Positions 31,995 to 41,905 are shown, numbered from the stretch's first letter. The stretch: DNA of 64,000 nucleotides from Candidatus Velthaea sp. (GCA_050012475.1 JBEKHC010000003.1:32001-96000), one strand, 5' to 3'. Made by a program: numbers and translations. The notes: generated from the sequence alone by a model not told the origin.

Positions 31995-32924
31995 GTGCCG
32001 GCCTCGCAGTGGACCTTTGCGCGCGTGCAGCCCAACGGCGATCTCGACGCGCTTTTCGGTTCGCACGGCAACGGCAAGGCACGCGCCGTCCTCACCGACG
32101 AGCTCAAACGTCAACGGCTCAAGGCTCCGATTGGGCCCCGGATCGCCGCGACGCTCGGACCGTTGGACGCCTTCGCGAGCGGCATCACGCTCCTTTTCGC
32201 CGACGCCCGCTCCAATTTCGGGATCCTTACGCTGCTGCGGACCACGGAATTGGGACCGTTCACCGCCAGCGAGATCAGCATGCTGACGTTCGCCCTCGAC
32301 GCCCTGTCGGATCGCCTCTCCGCGCTGCGCCTGCAGCCGGAAGCAAAGGAAAATGGCTTTCTGCCCCATCGTGCGGAGACCCGGATGAGTCCGGAGCCGC
32401 CCGAGGGAGCGTTCTACGTCCTCGACAGCGACCTGCAGATCGTCTTGGCCTGGAGCGCGGAAGACGAACGCCGGATCGCCTTGACCGGACTGCACACGCG
32501 CATCGCCGAGCGTCTCCCCGTCGTGCTCGAACAGACCGTGCGCGAATTGACCTCGGCTTGGTCCGGCGACGCGCTCAAAGCCCGCAGCGCCGCGCGCGCG
32601 GCCTCGTTCCTCGTCGTCCGTACCCAACCGATGTCCGGTCCGGCCGGGCTCTTCATCGGGGTCCGGATCGATCGCTTCCAGCCGCCGAACTCGCTCACCG
32701 GCGCGGCTTCCCGCTTCCACATCTCACCCCGCGAAGTGCAGGTTCTCGCGCTGCTGCTCGACGGCAAGCACCTCGATCAGATCGCCGAGCAGCTGCACAT
32801 CACGTCGTCAACCGTTCAAGATCACATCAAGAGCATGCTCGACAAAACCGGCAGCGGGAACCGCAGCGAACTCATCGCGCGCGTGCTGGGCTGGGAGTCG
32901 CCGCCGCGAGCCGAACAGGCGTAG
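31995..32924 (+). CDS. LuxR-type HTH transcriptional regulator with unassigned N-terminal sensor region; start may lie upstream
   Basis: C-terminal ISPREVQVLALLLDG...IAEQLHITSSTVQDHIKSMLDKTG..NRSEL. Confidence 0.88.
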   Translation: MPASQWTFARVQPNGDLDALFGSHGNGKARAVLTDELKRQRLKAPIGPRIAATLGPLDAFASGITLLFADARSNFGILTLLRTTELGPFTASEISMLTFALDALSDRLSALRLQPEAKENGFLPHRAETRMSPEPPEGAFYVLDSDLQIVLAWSAEDERRIALTGLHTRIAERLPVVLEQTVRELTSAWSGDALKARSAARAASFLVVRTQPMSGPAGLFIGVRIDRFQPPNSLTGAASRFHISPREVQVLALLLDGKHLDQIAEQLHITSSTVQDHIKSMLDKTGSGNRSELIARVLGWESPPRAEQA

Positions 32925-32949
32925 CGTTTCGGCAACGCCGAAGCCGCCG

Positions 32950-32996
32950 GTCCCCCGGATTTCACGATACCAGTCGGCTCTCGGCTGCGCTATAGT
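32950..32996 (+). promoter_or_regulatory. Island promoter copy 8: GTCCCCCGGATTTCACG-N24-TATAGT
   Basis: Box 32950-32966 followed by ATAC, -10 at 32991-32996; points into aspT-aspD. Confidence 0.75.
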
Positions 32997-33081
32997 ACGA
33001 CGGGACTCGCAGGACGTTTGTTCTTGCGCCAGTCGCGCCTGACGTCGCCCGTCGACGACGGCGATGTCCGGGAATTCTACA

Positions 33082-34791
33082 ATGACGATCCTTCATCAGC
33101 TCCTCAAGGGCGAGCCGCTGCTCGCGCTATTTGCCACGATCGCGCTCGGCTATCTCGCCGGGAAAATCAAAATCGGCAGCTTCGTCTTGGGCGGTATTGC
33201 CGGAACGCTCCTCGTCGGTGTGATCGTCGGCCAGCTGGACGTGCAGTTGGACGGCGGCATCAAGACGATCTTTTTTGCGCTGTTCATCTACGCCGTCGGT
33301 TACCAGGGCGGCCCGCAGTTTTTCCACGCCCTCAATCGGCGTTCGCTCAACCAGCTCGCGTCGGCATTCGTCATGTGTTTGACCGGTCTGCTGTGCGTGT
33401 TGATCGCGGCTTGGATGTTCGGCCTCGATCGCGGAATGGCAGCCGGATTGGCCGCCGGCGGCTTGACCCAATCGGCGATCATCGGCACCGCCGGCGACGC
33501 GATCGCCCGCTTGGGACTGTCACCGGCTGCGATAAAAGCCATGCAGACCAACGTCGCCGTCGGTTACGCCGTGTGCTACATCTTCGGCTCGCTGGGACCG
33601 ATCCTCATGGTCACGTGGTTTTTCCCCGCGATCATGAAATGGAACATTCGCCAAGAAGCGGTGAAGTTGGCGAAGCAACTGTCCGGCGGCCGAGCCGAAC
33701 TCGACCCCGGTCAATTCAATGCCGTGCGCGACATCGACACCCGCTTCTATGAAATCGCGCCGGCCAGCAAGGCCGTCGGCCAGACGGCGCTCGCGATCGA
33801 CAAGCTGCTTTCGGACGCCGCGGTCGAGGCCATCTTCCGCAACGGCGCCGCGGTCGAATTCACCGGCAGCACGGTCGTTCAGGCGCGGGACAGCGTCGCG
33901 GTCACCGGAACGATCCGCGTCATGGAAACGGCTTCGGACTTTTTCGGTCACGAGGTGATTGCTCCGAACAATCCCACGCTCGTTCAAGAGAGCCGCGAAC
34001 TCATTTTGACCAACCGCGGGCTGAGCGGCCGGACCATCGACGACGTCCACGCGAACGTCAGCGTCGAGACGCGGCACGGCGTTTTCCTGACGGCGATCCG
34101 ACGGATGGGACGCGATCTGCCGCTGCTGGGGAACCTGAAGTTGCAAAGCGGCGACGAACTGCACTTGACGGGCAGTCCGGGCGATCTCGATCGCGTGCAA
34201 ACCAAGATCGGGTACAAAATATCGGCGTCGGCGGTCACCGACTTCGTCTTCTTCGGCATCGGCATCGTGACGGGAATGCTGCTGGGTTTGATTCAATTCA
34301 AACTTTGGGGTGTTCCGATCACCATCGGCAGCGGTGCGGGGTGCTTGCTCTCCGGCTTATTTTTCGGCTGGCTGCGCAGCGTCCATCCAAGATTCGCCGC
34401 GCTTCCGCTGGGCGCGTCGACGTTTTTGCGCGATTTCGGGTTGGCCGTTTTCGTCGGCACGGTCGGCATCGCCGCGGGACCGCCGGCCCTCGTCGCCATC
34501 CAGCACTCCGGCTTGACGCTTTTGTTTCTCGGTGTCGCCGTTACGCTGATCCCTCAAATCGTTACGTTCTTCTTCTCCTACTACGTACTGCGCATCAAAA
34601 ATCCGATCGAAGCGCTGGCCTGCGTGGCCGGCGGCCGCAGCGCGAATCCGGCGTTCGCCGCTTTACTATCGAAGACCGGAAACGCAACGCCCGTCGCCGC
34701 GTTCACGGTCACCTATGCCGTCGCGAATGTTTTTCTCACCCTCTGGGGTCCCGTGATCGTCGGTATCATCGCCAAGAACGCGACCCATTGA
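33082..34791 (+). CDS. aspT: Aspartate:alanine antiporter
   Basis: FALFIYAVGYQGGPQFF, AGGLTQSAIIGTA, TrkA-C-like middle region, YAVANVFLTLWGP; adjacent to aspD. Confidence 0.93.
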   Translation: MTILHQLLKGEPLLALFATIALGYLAGKIKIGSFVLGGIAGTLLVGVIVGQLDVQLDGGIKTIFFALFIYAVGYQGGPQFFHALNRRSLNQLASAFVMCLTGLLCVLIAAWMFGLDRGMAAGLAAGGLTQSAIIGTAGDAIARLGLSPAAIKAMQTNVAVGYAVCYIFGSLGPILMVTWFFPAIMKWNIRQEAVKLAKQLSGGRAELDPGQFNAVRDIDTRFYEIAPASKAVGQTALAIDKLLSDAAVEAIFRNGAAVEFTGSTVVQARDSVAVTGTIRVMETASDFFGHEVIAPNNPTLVQESRELILTNRGLSGRTIDDVHANVSVETRHGVFLTAIRRMGRDLPLLGNLKLQSGDELHLTGSPGDLDRVQTKIGYKISASAVTDFVFFGIGIVTGMLLGLIQFKLWGVPITIGSGAGCLLSGLFFGWLRSVHPRFAALPLGASTFLRDFGLAVFVGTVGIAAGPPALVAIQHSGLTLLFLGVAVTLIPQIVTFFFSYYVLRIKNPIEALACVAGGRSANPAFAALLSKTGNATPVAAFTVTYAVANVFLTLWGPVIVGIIAKNATH

Positions 34792-34812
34792 TCCACGCAT
34801 CGGAGCACCATC

Positions 34813-36447
34813 ATGCCTTCTACCGACTATAGCGACCTCGAAGACCTGAGCCCATTCGAGCTCAAAGACCGGCTCATCGAGATCGCCTCGTCCGACTCCG
34901 CGCGGCTGATGCTCAATGCGGGCAGAGGGAATCCCAATTTCGTCGCAACGCTGCCGCGGTGGGCGTACCTGAGCGTTGGTGAGTTCGCACTGCTGGAGTC
35001 CGAACGGTCGTATTCGCATCTGAAGGTCGGCTTGGGCGGGCTGCCCGAGCGGGCCGGACTCATGCAGCGCTTCGAGACGTACGTGGCCGCTCACCCGCGT
35101 GCAGCGGGTGTCATCTTCTTGCGCGAGGCGCTGGCCTTGATCAAGGACCGTCTCGGGCTCAACGAAGAAGACCTGCTGCTGGAGTTCGTCGCTGCGTTCC
35201 TGGGCTGCAACTACCCGACGCCGCCGCGAATGCTGCCGATCACGGAAACGATCGTCAAGGCATATCTCGCTCAGGAGCTCTTTGGGAGCGTTCGGGTCCG
35301 CTCGGATTTTTCGCTCTTCGCGACCGAAGGCGGGACGGCGGCGATGACCTATATCTTTCAAAGCTTACACGCGAACGAGCTCATCGATCCAGGCGACAAG
35401 ATCGCGATCGTCACGCCGATTTTTTCACCATATTTGGAAATCCCCGTGCTCGACGAATACAGCCTGGACGTGGTGGACATTCGGATGGATGAAAACGACG
35501 ACTGGCAGCTTCCGGATGCCGAGATCGACAAGCTCCTTGACCCGAAGATCAAAGTGCTGTGTCTGGTAAACCCGAGTAATCCCCCGTCGACCAAACTCAC
35601 CGACGCCGTATTGGACAAGATCGCGACGCTCGTCAACACCCAACGCCCCGACCTGCTCATCGTTACCGACGTCGTCTACGCGACCTTTGCCGACGACTTC
35701 GTTTCGCTGTTCGCAAAGTGCCCGTACAACACGCTGTGCGTCTACTCGTTCTCCAAGTACTTCGGGGCCACCGGATGGCGCCTTGGCGCAATCGGCCTGC
35801 ACGACCGCAACGTCTTCGACTCCGCGCTCGCAGCGCTGGCCGAGGGCCGCAAGGCATTGCTCGATACCCGCTATTCGTCGTTGACGACCCAGCCGCGGAA
35901 GCTGAGTTTCCTCGACCGTTTGGTTGCCGACAGTCGTGCGGTGGCGCTCAACCATACCGCCGGTCTGAGCCTGCCGCAACAGCTGCAGATGGCATTGTTT
36001 GCCCTGCACGGCCTGCTGGATCGCGAAGACCGCTACAAGAATGCGGCGAAGGAGCTCATCCGCGAACGGTATCAGACGCTCTACGCCAACATGGGAGTCG
36101 AAGCAGTCCGTACGCCCAGCGATGTCGACTACTATTCCTTGATCGATCTGCAGACCATCGGCGCATCTCTCTATGGCCCCCAGTTCGAGGCCTGGTTCAC
36201 CAAAAATGACCTGGGAACGAGTTACCTCTTCCGCCTCGCCAAAGAAACTGGCGTCGTGCTTCTGCCCGGGAGCGGCTTCGAGGTCGTCGACACGTCGGCG
36301 CGGATTTCGCTGGCCAATTTGACCGACAGCGAGTACGCTTCGATCGGCCGATTCACGCGCCAAGTTCTCGATGAATACTACGTTGACTTCAAGAAAACGT
36401 TGGCGGCGACGAACGGATCAGCCGCGCATGCCGGTGCCAGCCGATGA
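34813..36447 (+). CDS. aspD: Aspartate 4-decarboxylase (PLP-dependent)
   Basis: LSPFELKD, LNAGRGNPNF, TEGGTAAM, VNPSNPP, YSFSKYFGATGWRLG, ALNHTAGLS. Confidence 0.95.
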   Translation: MPSTDYSDLEDLSPFELKDRLIEIASSDSARLMLNAGRGNPNFVATLPRWAYLSVGEFALLESERSYSHLKVGLGGLPERAGLMQRFETYVAAHPRAAGVIFLREALALIKDRLGLNEEDLLLEFVAAFLGCNYPTPPRMLPITETIVKAYLAQELFGSVRVRSDFSLFATEGGTAAMTYIFQSLHANELIDPGDKIAIVTPIFSPYLEIPVLDEYSLDVVDIRMDENDDWQLPDAEIDKLLDPKIKVLCLVNPSNPPSTKLTDAVLDKIATLVNTQRPDLLIVTDVVYATFADDFVSLFAKCPYNTLCVYSFSKYFGATGWRLGAIGLHDRNVFDSALAALAEGRKALLDTRYSSLTTQPRKLSFLDRLVADSRAVALNHTAGLSLPQQLQMALFALHGLLDREDRYKNAAKELIRERYQTLYANMGVEAVRTPSDVDYYSLIDLQTIGASLYGPQFEAWFTKNDLGTSYLFRLAKETGVVLLPGSGFEVVDTSARISLANLTDSEYASIGRFTRQVLDEYYVDFKKTLAATNGSAAHAGASR

Positions 36448-36800
36448 TTGATGCACCCGCGGCACCTCCGCAGCTGATACGAACCGCCACCGGCGCGACC
36501 TTTCGACGCTTGATTCTCGAAGGCGCCGGGCCAATCGTGGTCGAGTTCATGGCGTACGGCTGCGCGCATTGCCGCGCGCTCGAGCCGGTGCTCAAGCAGG
36601 TGACCCGAATGCTCGGTTCGGCAGAGCAGGTGTTCCGAGTGAACGTCGCCGTCGACGAGGAACTGGCGAACAGCTACGAGATCGGTGCAACCCCGACGCT
36701 GCTTATGTTTTTGGACGCAAAGGAAGTGGGGCGACTCGAAGGGCCGCGCCCTGTGGTAGCCAGCCTCCTAAGTGCGGTCGTAACACCATTCTCTTCATGA
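36444..36800 (+). CDS. Thioredoxin-family protein
   Basis: VVEFMAYGCAHC (CxxC), cis-Pro motif ATPTL. Confidence 0.85.
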   Translation: MIDAPAAPPQLIRTATGATFRRLILEGAGPIVVEFMAYGCAHCRALEPVLKQVTRMLGSAEQVFRVNVAVDEELANSYEIGATPTLLMFLDAKEVGRLEGPRPVVASLLSAVVTPFSS

Positions 36801-37390
36801 ACTGCGACAGGGCCCCGAGCCACCCGACCAAACCGGTCCTGCTGTATAACGGCGAATGCGCGGTCTGCCGTCACATCGCGCAGTGGGTACTTCAATCGGC
36901 GCGCAGCGCATCGGGCGATCCGAGCATCGTCGAACGGCCGATCGGCGACGACCCGGAGGCGCTCGCGTTGCTCAACCCGGACCTCGATATCTGGGATGCA
37001 TATGCGACCGTCCATCTTCTCATGCCCGATGGATCGATAAAAACCGGCGGCGAGGCCGTGGCCGAAGTTCTGCGGCGTGTCCCCGGCGCGCGATGGTTCA
37101 GCTGGACGTTCGCGGCCGGCATTGGCGGCTTCAGACCTTTTCAGCTGCTGCTCGATGCGTGCTACGCCGCACTCGCAGCGGTTCGCCCGCTGCTGGGATG
37201 CGAGAGCTGCGGTTCGACGAACGTCTGGGTGCGATCGATCGCCCGAACAATCGCCTGGGGAAAAGCTCCGTTCGCGAAGAGCAGCGCGCCGCATCGGGTG
37301 CGACATTTCGCCGCCGCGACCGCACGCCGGTCGAGACCGGCCGAACCCAAGTGGCCCACGGCCGCGACTCCCCGAAATTCACGATGGTGA
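36797..37390 (+). CDS. DCC/DUF393-family thiol-disulfide oxidoreductase
   Basis: LLYNGECAVC, HLLMPDG..TGGEA; ATGA overlap with the thioredoxin gene. Confidence 0.78.
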   Translation: MNCDRAPSHPTKPVLLYNGECAVCRHIAQWVLQSARSASGDPSIVERPIGDDPEALALLNPDLDIWDAYATVHLLMPDGSIKTGGEAVAEVLRRVPGARWFSWTFAAGIGGFRPFQLLLDACYAALAAVRPLLGCESCGSTNVWVRSIARTIAWGKAPFAKSSAPHRVRHFAAATARRSRPAEPKWPTAATPRNSRW

Positions 37391-37413
37391 ATCACGCACC
37401 GATGCGCTAAGCT
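37367..37413 (+). promoter_or_regulatory. Island promoter copy 9: ACTCCCCGAAATTCACG-N24-TAAGCT
   Basis: Box 37367-37383, -10 at 37408-37413; points into rpoZ-SDR-ohyA. Confidence 0.68.
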
Positions 37414-37459
37414 TTTGGAGATGAGCGCGTCAACCGCCTCAAAGAATTGAACGAAATCA

Positions 37460-37678
37460 ATGAGTGACTCAGTATTCGGTGATCTCGACGGGCTTTTGGA
37501 GCACGCCGATTCGAAATTCACCCTCGTCAACGTCGTGACCAAGCGCGCCAAGCAGCTCAACAACGGGGCTCCGCCGCTGTGCGACAACGCGAACCCCAAC
37601 AAGCCCGTTTCGACGGCGTTCAACGAAGTACGGCTAGGGAAAATCAAATACAAGCGGACCCGCGAAGGGATCAAATAG
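37460..37678 (+). CDS. rpoZ: RNA polymerase omega subunit, outside its usual gene context
   Basis: LLEHADSKFTLVNVVTKRAKQL...KPVSTAFNEVRLGKI is the omega signature. Confidence 0.88.
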   Translation: MSDSVFGDLDGLLEHADSKFTLVNVVTKRAKQLNNGAPPLCDNANPNKPVSTAFNEVRLGKIKYKRTREGIK

Positions 37679-37738
37679 CTCGACCCCCCACACGCCTTAT
37701 CACTGTTGGTGGAAGGCCTCGCTACAAGAGGTTTGTGC

Positions 37739-38530
37739 ATGCAAACGACGGCTCGTACCACCGAACCCGATGTGAAATCCTCAAAGCCCTTGCTGGGGCG
37801 CGTTGCTGTCGTTACCGGCGGTTCGCGCGGTCTGGGAGCGGCTATCGCCAGGGAACTTGCCGATGCCGGCGCGACGACGATCGTCAACTACCATCACACC
37901 GCCGATCTCGCTACGCACGTCCTTGAGGAGATCGAAGCAGCCGGCGGCAAAGCGTTCGCCGAGCAGTGCAACATCGCTGACTACGACGAGGTGGAGCGCA
38001 TGTTCGCCCGTATCAAGGAAGAACGGGGCCGGCTCGACATCCTCGTTAACAACGCAGCGATCGTGCGGGACCACAGCTTCAAGAAAATGACGGCCAAAGA
38101 GTGGCGGGATGTCATCGACACCGACCTCACCGCGCTCATGTACACCTGCCACTTTGCCGTGCCAATGCTGCTCGAAAACGGCTGGGGCCGAATCATCAAT
38201 ATCTCGTCGACGACCGGTCAACTCGTGGTTACTTTTGGACAAGCGAACTATGCGGCCGCGAAGGCGGGCGTCATCGGTTTCACCAAGGCGCTTGGCGTCG
38301 AACTGGCCCGCAGCAACATCACGGTAAACGCCGTGGCGATCGGTGCGATGGCCACGGAAATGTGGGATCTGGTTCCCGACGCGATCAAAGAGTCGCTTTA
38401 CGAGAGGATCCCGATGCACCGCGCCTGCACGACGGAAGAGGCCGCGCGCGGCGTACGCTTCCTGGCCATCGAGGGCGCCTACATCACCGGTCACGCCCTG
38501 AACATGAACGGCGGCCTGTACCAGGGCTGA
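37739..38530 (+). CDS. SDR oxidoreductase, FabG/PhaB (acetoacetyl-CoA reductase)-like
   Basis: TGGSRGLG, LVNNA, FGQANYAAAK (YxxxK), NGGLY. Confidence 0.88.
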   Translation: MQTTARTTEPDVKSSKPLLGRVAVVTGGSRGLGAAIARELADAGATTIVNYHHTADLATHVLEEIEAAGGKAFAEQCNIADYDEVERMFARIKEERGRLDILVNNAAIVRDHSFKKMTAKEWRDVIDTDLTALMYTCHFAVPMLLENGWGRIINISSTTGQLVVTFGQANYAAAKAGVIGFTKALGVELARSNITVNAVAIGAMATEMWDLVPDAIKESLYERIPMHRACTTEEAARGVRFLAIEGAYITGHALNMNGGLYQG

Positions 38531-38532
38531 CC

Positions 38533-40100
38533 ATGAGCATGTATTATTTCGTTGGTTCGGGTATCGCTTCGCTGGCCGGAGCGGCGTACTTGATCCGCGA
38601 CGCTGGCGTCGCCGGGACGAACATCGTTATTTTCGAGGAATCCGCCGCCTTCGGCGGAGCACTCGACGCTCATGGCGACACGGCAACCGGCTACTATATG
38701 AGCGGCAGCCGCATGTTCGAGCACAAGTACAATTGCACGTTCGATCTCATGTCGACGATTCCGGCAGCCAGCGATCCCGCGATCTCGATAACCGAAGAAA
38801 CGAATCTCGCCGAAGCCGAAGCACGTTGGTTCAATAGGGCACGGCTCGTCGATCGCAATCAAAAGATCCTCGATGCGCACGCACTCGGTTTCGGCGAACG
38901 CGACCAGCTCGATCTCGTCGTGCTCATGGCAACGCCCGAGAAACTGCTGGATGGCAAGCGGATCACGGATTGCTTCCGCGGCGAGTTCTTCGAGACGAAC
39001 TTCTGGTTTGAATGGTGTACGCTCTTCGCTTTCCAACGCTGGCACAGCGCGATCGAGTTCAAACGTTATCTTTTGCGGTTCATGCATCACTTTCGACTAT
39101 CGACACCCAAGAGGGAGTTTACCGGACCCGTTACAATCAGTACGATTCGATCGCGGTGCCGCTCGTGAAGTGGCTGCGTGACCGCGGCGTCGAGATTCGC
39201 TTCGAGACGACGGTCAAGGACCTCGGTTTCGTCGCCGGCGGGACGCGAATCACCGTGGATTCGATCCTCTCCACCCAGTCCGATACGTGCTCGAGTATCC
39301 CCGTCGCCCAAGACGATTGCGTGTTCGTGACGAACGGATCGATGACGGCCAACAAGACGTTCGGGACGATGTCGAGCCCGGCCGCGCTCGACCGCAGCGC
39401 GAGCAGCGGCTCGTGGCAGCTCTGGCGCACGCTGGCCCAAGGGCGCCCGCTCTTCGGCAATCCAGCCGCATTCGATGCGCACATTGAAGAGTCGGTGTGG
39501 GAGTCGTTCACGGTTACCGACACCAGCCCGGCATTCTTCGATTTCATGCGCAGCTTCAGCGGCAGCGATGCCGGCAAGGGCGGGTTGCTCACGCTCAAAG
39601 ACTCGAGCTGGCTGCTCACGCTCTCGATCTTCCACCAGCCGTTCTTCGAACGGCAGCCGAAAGGCGCTTTCGTGTGGTGGGGCTATGGCCTGTATCACAA
39701 CCGGCCCGGCGACTACGTCAAGAAAACGATGGTAGAGTGTTCCGGCAGTGAGATACTGGAGGAAGTGCTGGGTCAGCTCGGACTAGCCGATCGCAAAGAT
39801 GCCTTTCTCGCGAGCTCAAACGTGATTCCGTGCATGATGCCCTATATTACGAGCCAGTTTCTGGTTCGCAAAGCCGGCGATCGCCCCGACGTCGTGCCCG
39901 CCGGCTCGACCAACCTCGCGTTCATCGGGCAGTTCTCGGAGTTACCCGAGGACGTCGTTTTCACCGTCGAGTATTCGATCCGCTCGGCGCAGCTCGCCGT
40001 CTACTCGCTGCTCAAGCTCGATCGCAAGCCGACCCCGCTCTACCACGGTTCGCACGATCCGCGCGTCTTGTTCGAGGCGTTCGCTACCATTCGCCGCTGA
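38533..40100 (+). pseudogene. ohyA: Oleate hydratase (myosin-cross-reactive antigen) with one -1 frameshift at about 39091-39093
   Basis: VGSGIASLAGA, GGALD, FFETNFW, then in the next frame RYNQYDS, VTNGSMT, MMPYITSQF, DVVFTVEYS; adding one T to the TTT run restores HHFSTIDTQEG. Confidence 0.88.
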
Positions 40101-40138
40101 CCGATCTCCGGTCTCCGCGTTCGGCGCGACGCCGCCAT

Positions 40139-40155
40139 CGTGGAACAGATGGATC
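40139..40155 (-). promoter_or_regulatory. Orphan, degenerate copy of the island box (GATCCATCTGTTCCACG) with no -10 at +24
   Basis: Matches copies 1 and 7 at most positions; lies between ohyA and the His-rich gene. Confidence 0.35.
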
Positions 40156-40233
40156 GACGGCGGATCTTGCCCCATCACCGGCGCGCAGCCGAATTTCGCC
40201 GGCCTCCGGTACCGCCCCGGCAAGGAGTTCCCC

Positions 40234-40464
40234 GTGACATCTCATCAAGCCGCCGACCACCACACCAACGCAGCGGCGCATCTGCGCACGGCCGCGGACT
40301 ACAGCGAGCGCGCCGCCGAGCAGTATTCACACGGCGCTCACGAACAAGCCGCGCACTTCGCTTTACTCGCGCACGCACACATGCAGCATGCCGGGCAATT
40401 TATGTCCGATGCCGCGAAAGTCCATGCCGAACTCCACGGCGGAAACAAACACACGCGCATTTGA
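40234..40464 (+). CDS. Small His/Ala-rich protein (76 aa), putative metal-binding helical protein
   Basis: AAGGAG RBS and GTG start; periodic His residues (HQAADHHTNAAAH...HEQAAHFALLAHAHMQH). Confidence 0.8.
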   Translation: MTSHQAADHHTNAAAHLRTAADYSERAAEQYSHGAHEQAAHFALLAHAHMQHAGQFMSDAAKVHAELHGGNKHTRI

Positions 40465-40672
40465 AGCCTGCGCGGTTCCGGCCGCAAGCAACTGCCCCCA
40501 ACGCGACATCTATTGGCGGTTATCTCAGTCAATGCGGTTTTCGTCAGCTGGAGAGATCGTGCCGCCCGTGAAAGGCGTCCGACAATACTCGCCGTCATGC
40601 GGTCGCCGAAGTGCCATGAACCGAAGTTCACACGCTCATCGGCGCCCGCGCACGAACGCCTCGACTGCCGGC

Positions 40673-41032
40673 CTACGGCATCTTCATCGCCGACGCGGCG
40701 CCTTTGACGAACCAGGCATGATCGCCCGGAACGATACAGGGTATCATGTGCATCATGTGATCGTGTTTGAACACGACGATGTGCCCGTCCGGGAACTTCA
40801 CCTGGTTCAGGCAGTGCGACATACCCTGCGCGTCCGGTGTACAATATTCGTCGGTCAGGACGAGTCCTTCGGTGGGTTTCGTCGGAACTTCGCCGGTGAA
40901 GACGTGAAGCGTCTCTAACGGAAGTCCTTGACGGTACATCGTAGCCATGTCGCCGCCGCCGTTGGCGAGAGTCGGCGTTCCCGTGTACAACACGAGAAGA
41001 GCGGCAAGGGCGAACTGTCCGATCACTTTCAC
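40673..41032 (-). CDS. Small secreted Cys/His/Met-rich protein (119 aa)
   Basis: AAGGA RBS, signal-peptide-like N-terminus, TDEYCTPDAQGMSHCLN and HDHMMHMIPC motifs. Confidence 0.7.
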   Translation of the reverse strand: MKVIGQFALAALLVLYTGTPTLANGGGDMATMYRQGLPLETLHVFTGEVPTKPTEGLVLTDEYCTPDAQGMSHCLNQVKFPDGHIVVFKHDHMMHMIPCIVPGDHAWFVKGAASAMKMP

Positions 41033-41329
41033 AGGGTCGTTCCTTTTGTGTCGAGGACACGGGAAATCAGAGTCCCCCCTTATGTTACGTGGGTTCCGCA
41101 ACCGTCAGCAGCCAACATGGTCTCATTTCAAGGTTAATTTGATGTTCGATCTGGTCGAGTACGCCGGTCAAGATCGGATGCGCCGCTGCGCCGAACGCGC
41201 TTGGCGGCCTCACGGACCGTGCCGATCCTGGCAAACGCAAAGGCGCCTCGAGGTACCCTTCTTCAAACGGCACTACGCACGCAGTTTTGGAGCGCGAGCG
41301 ATGCACGTCATGGTCGGGTCGCCGACCGT

Positions 41330-41905
41330 ACCGCCAAGGAGTCAATTGGAAAACGGTGCCTGCGCCTGCCGCGGTGGCGCCGTACAAAGCTCCGCACCTG
41401 TCCATCAGTAGGCTGGCTTCTGGGGACACGCCATCACAACCGGTTCCAGCGCCGTACGAAGTGTGCCGTAAAGTGCTCCATGCCCATCCTCTATGAGGCC
41501 GGCGGGACACCCCAGCCATCACCACTGGCGCCAGTGAACAAATGAAGTACGCTTAACGTCCAGCTCGTTTTGGCAATTGACGGCGGCGTAAGCTTGAAAA
41601 CAACCCCCGCACCCTTGTTGGCAGGGGCGCACACTGCCAACAACAGAAGTCGTGCCATACAGGGCGCCGCTTGCGTCCGCGATGAGGTTTCCATGGAGGG
41701 ATCCTCCGTCAGCAGCGCCTGTAAAAGCGTTGCGCACGTCCTCCTTCCACGCCTGACTCCACGCCGTTTGCACCAACGCGGATGAATCGACGATCGTGTT
41801 AGACGGATGCAATACAGACATGCCGCTGCGAGTACCGGCGCCGATAAAAGCAAATGCGCACATCAAGAGCGTCGGCCGGAAAGCGGCAAGGCGAGAGCAT
41901 TGCAT
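41330..41905 (-). pseudogene. Degraded beta-propeller tandem-repeat (GloVer/choice-of-anchor type) secreted protein
   Basis: Fragments FTGAADG..LIADASGALYGTT, VVFKLTPP..WTLSVLHLFTG, LIEDGHGALYGT, LLMDRCGALYGAT..GTVFQLTP spread over three frames. Confidence 0.75.

Noticed and set aside
35660..35690. AspD TDVVY instead of TDDVY as an inactivating change
   Set aside because: The PLP-binding D-x-x-Y Asp and the Schiff-base Lys motif (SFSKY) are intact
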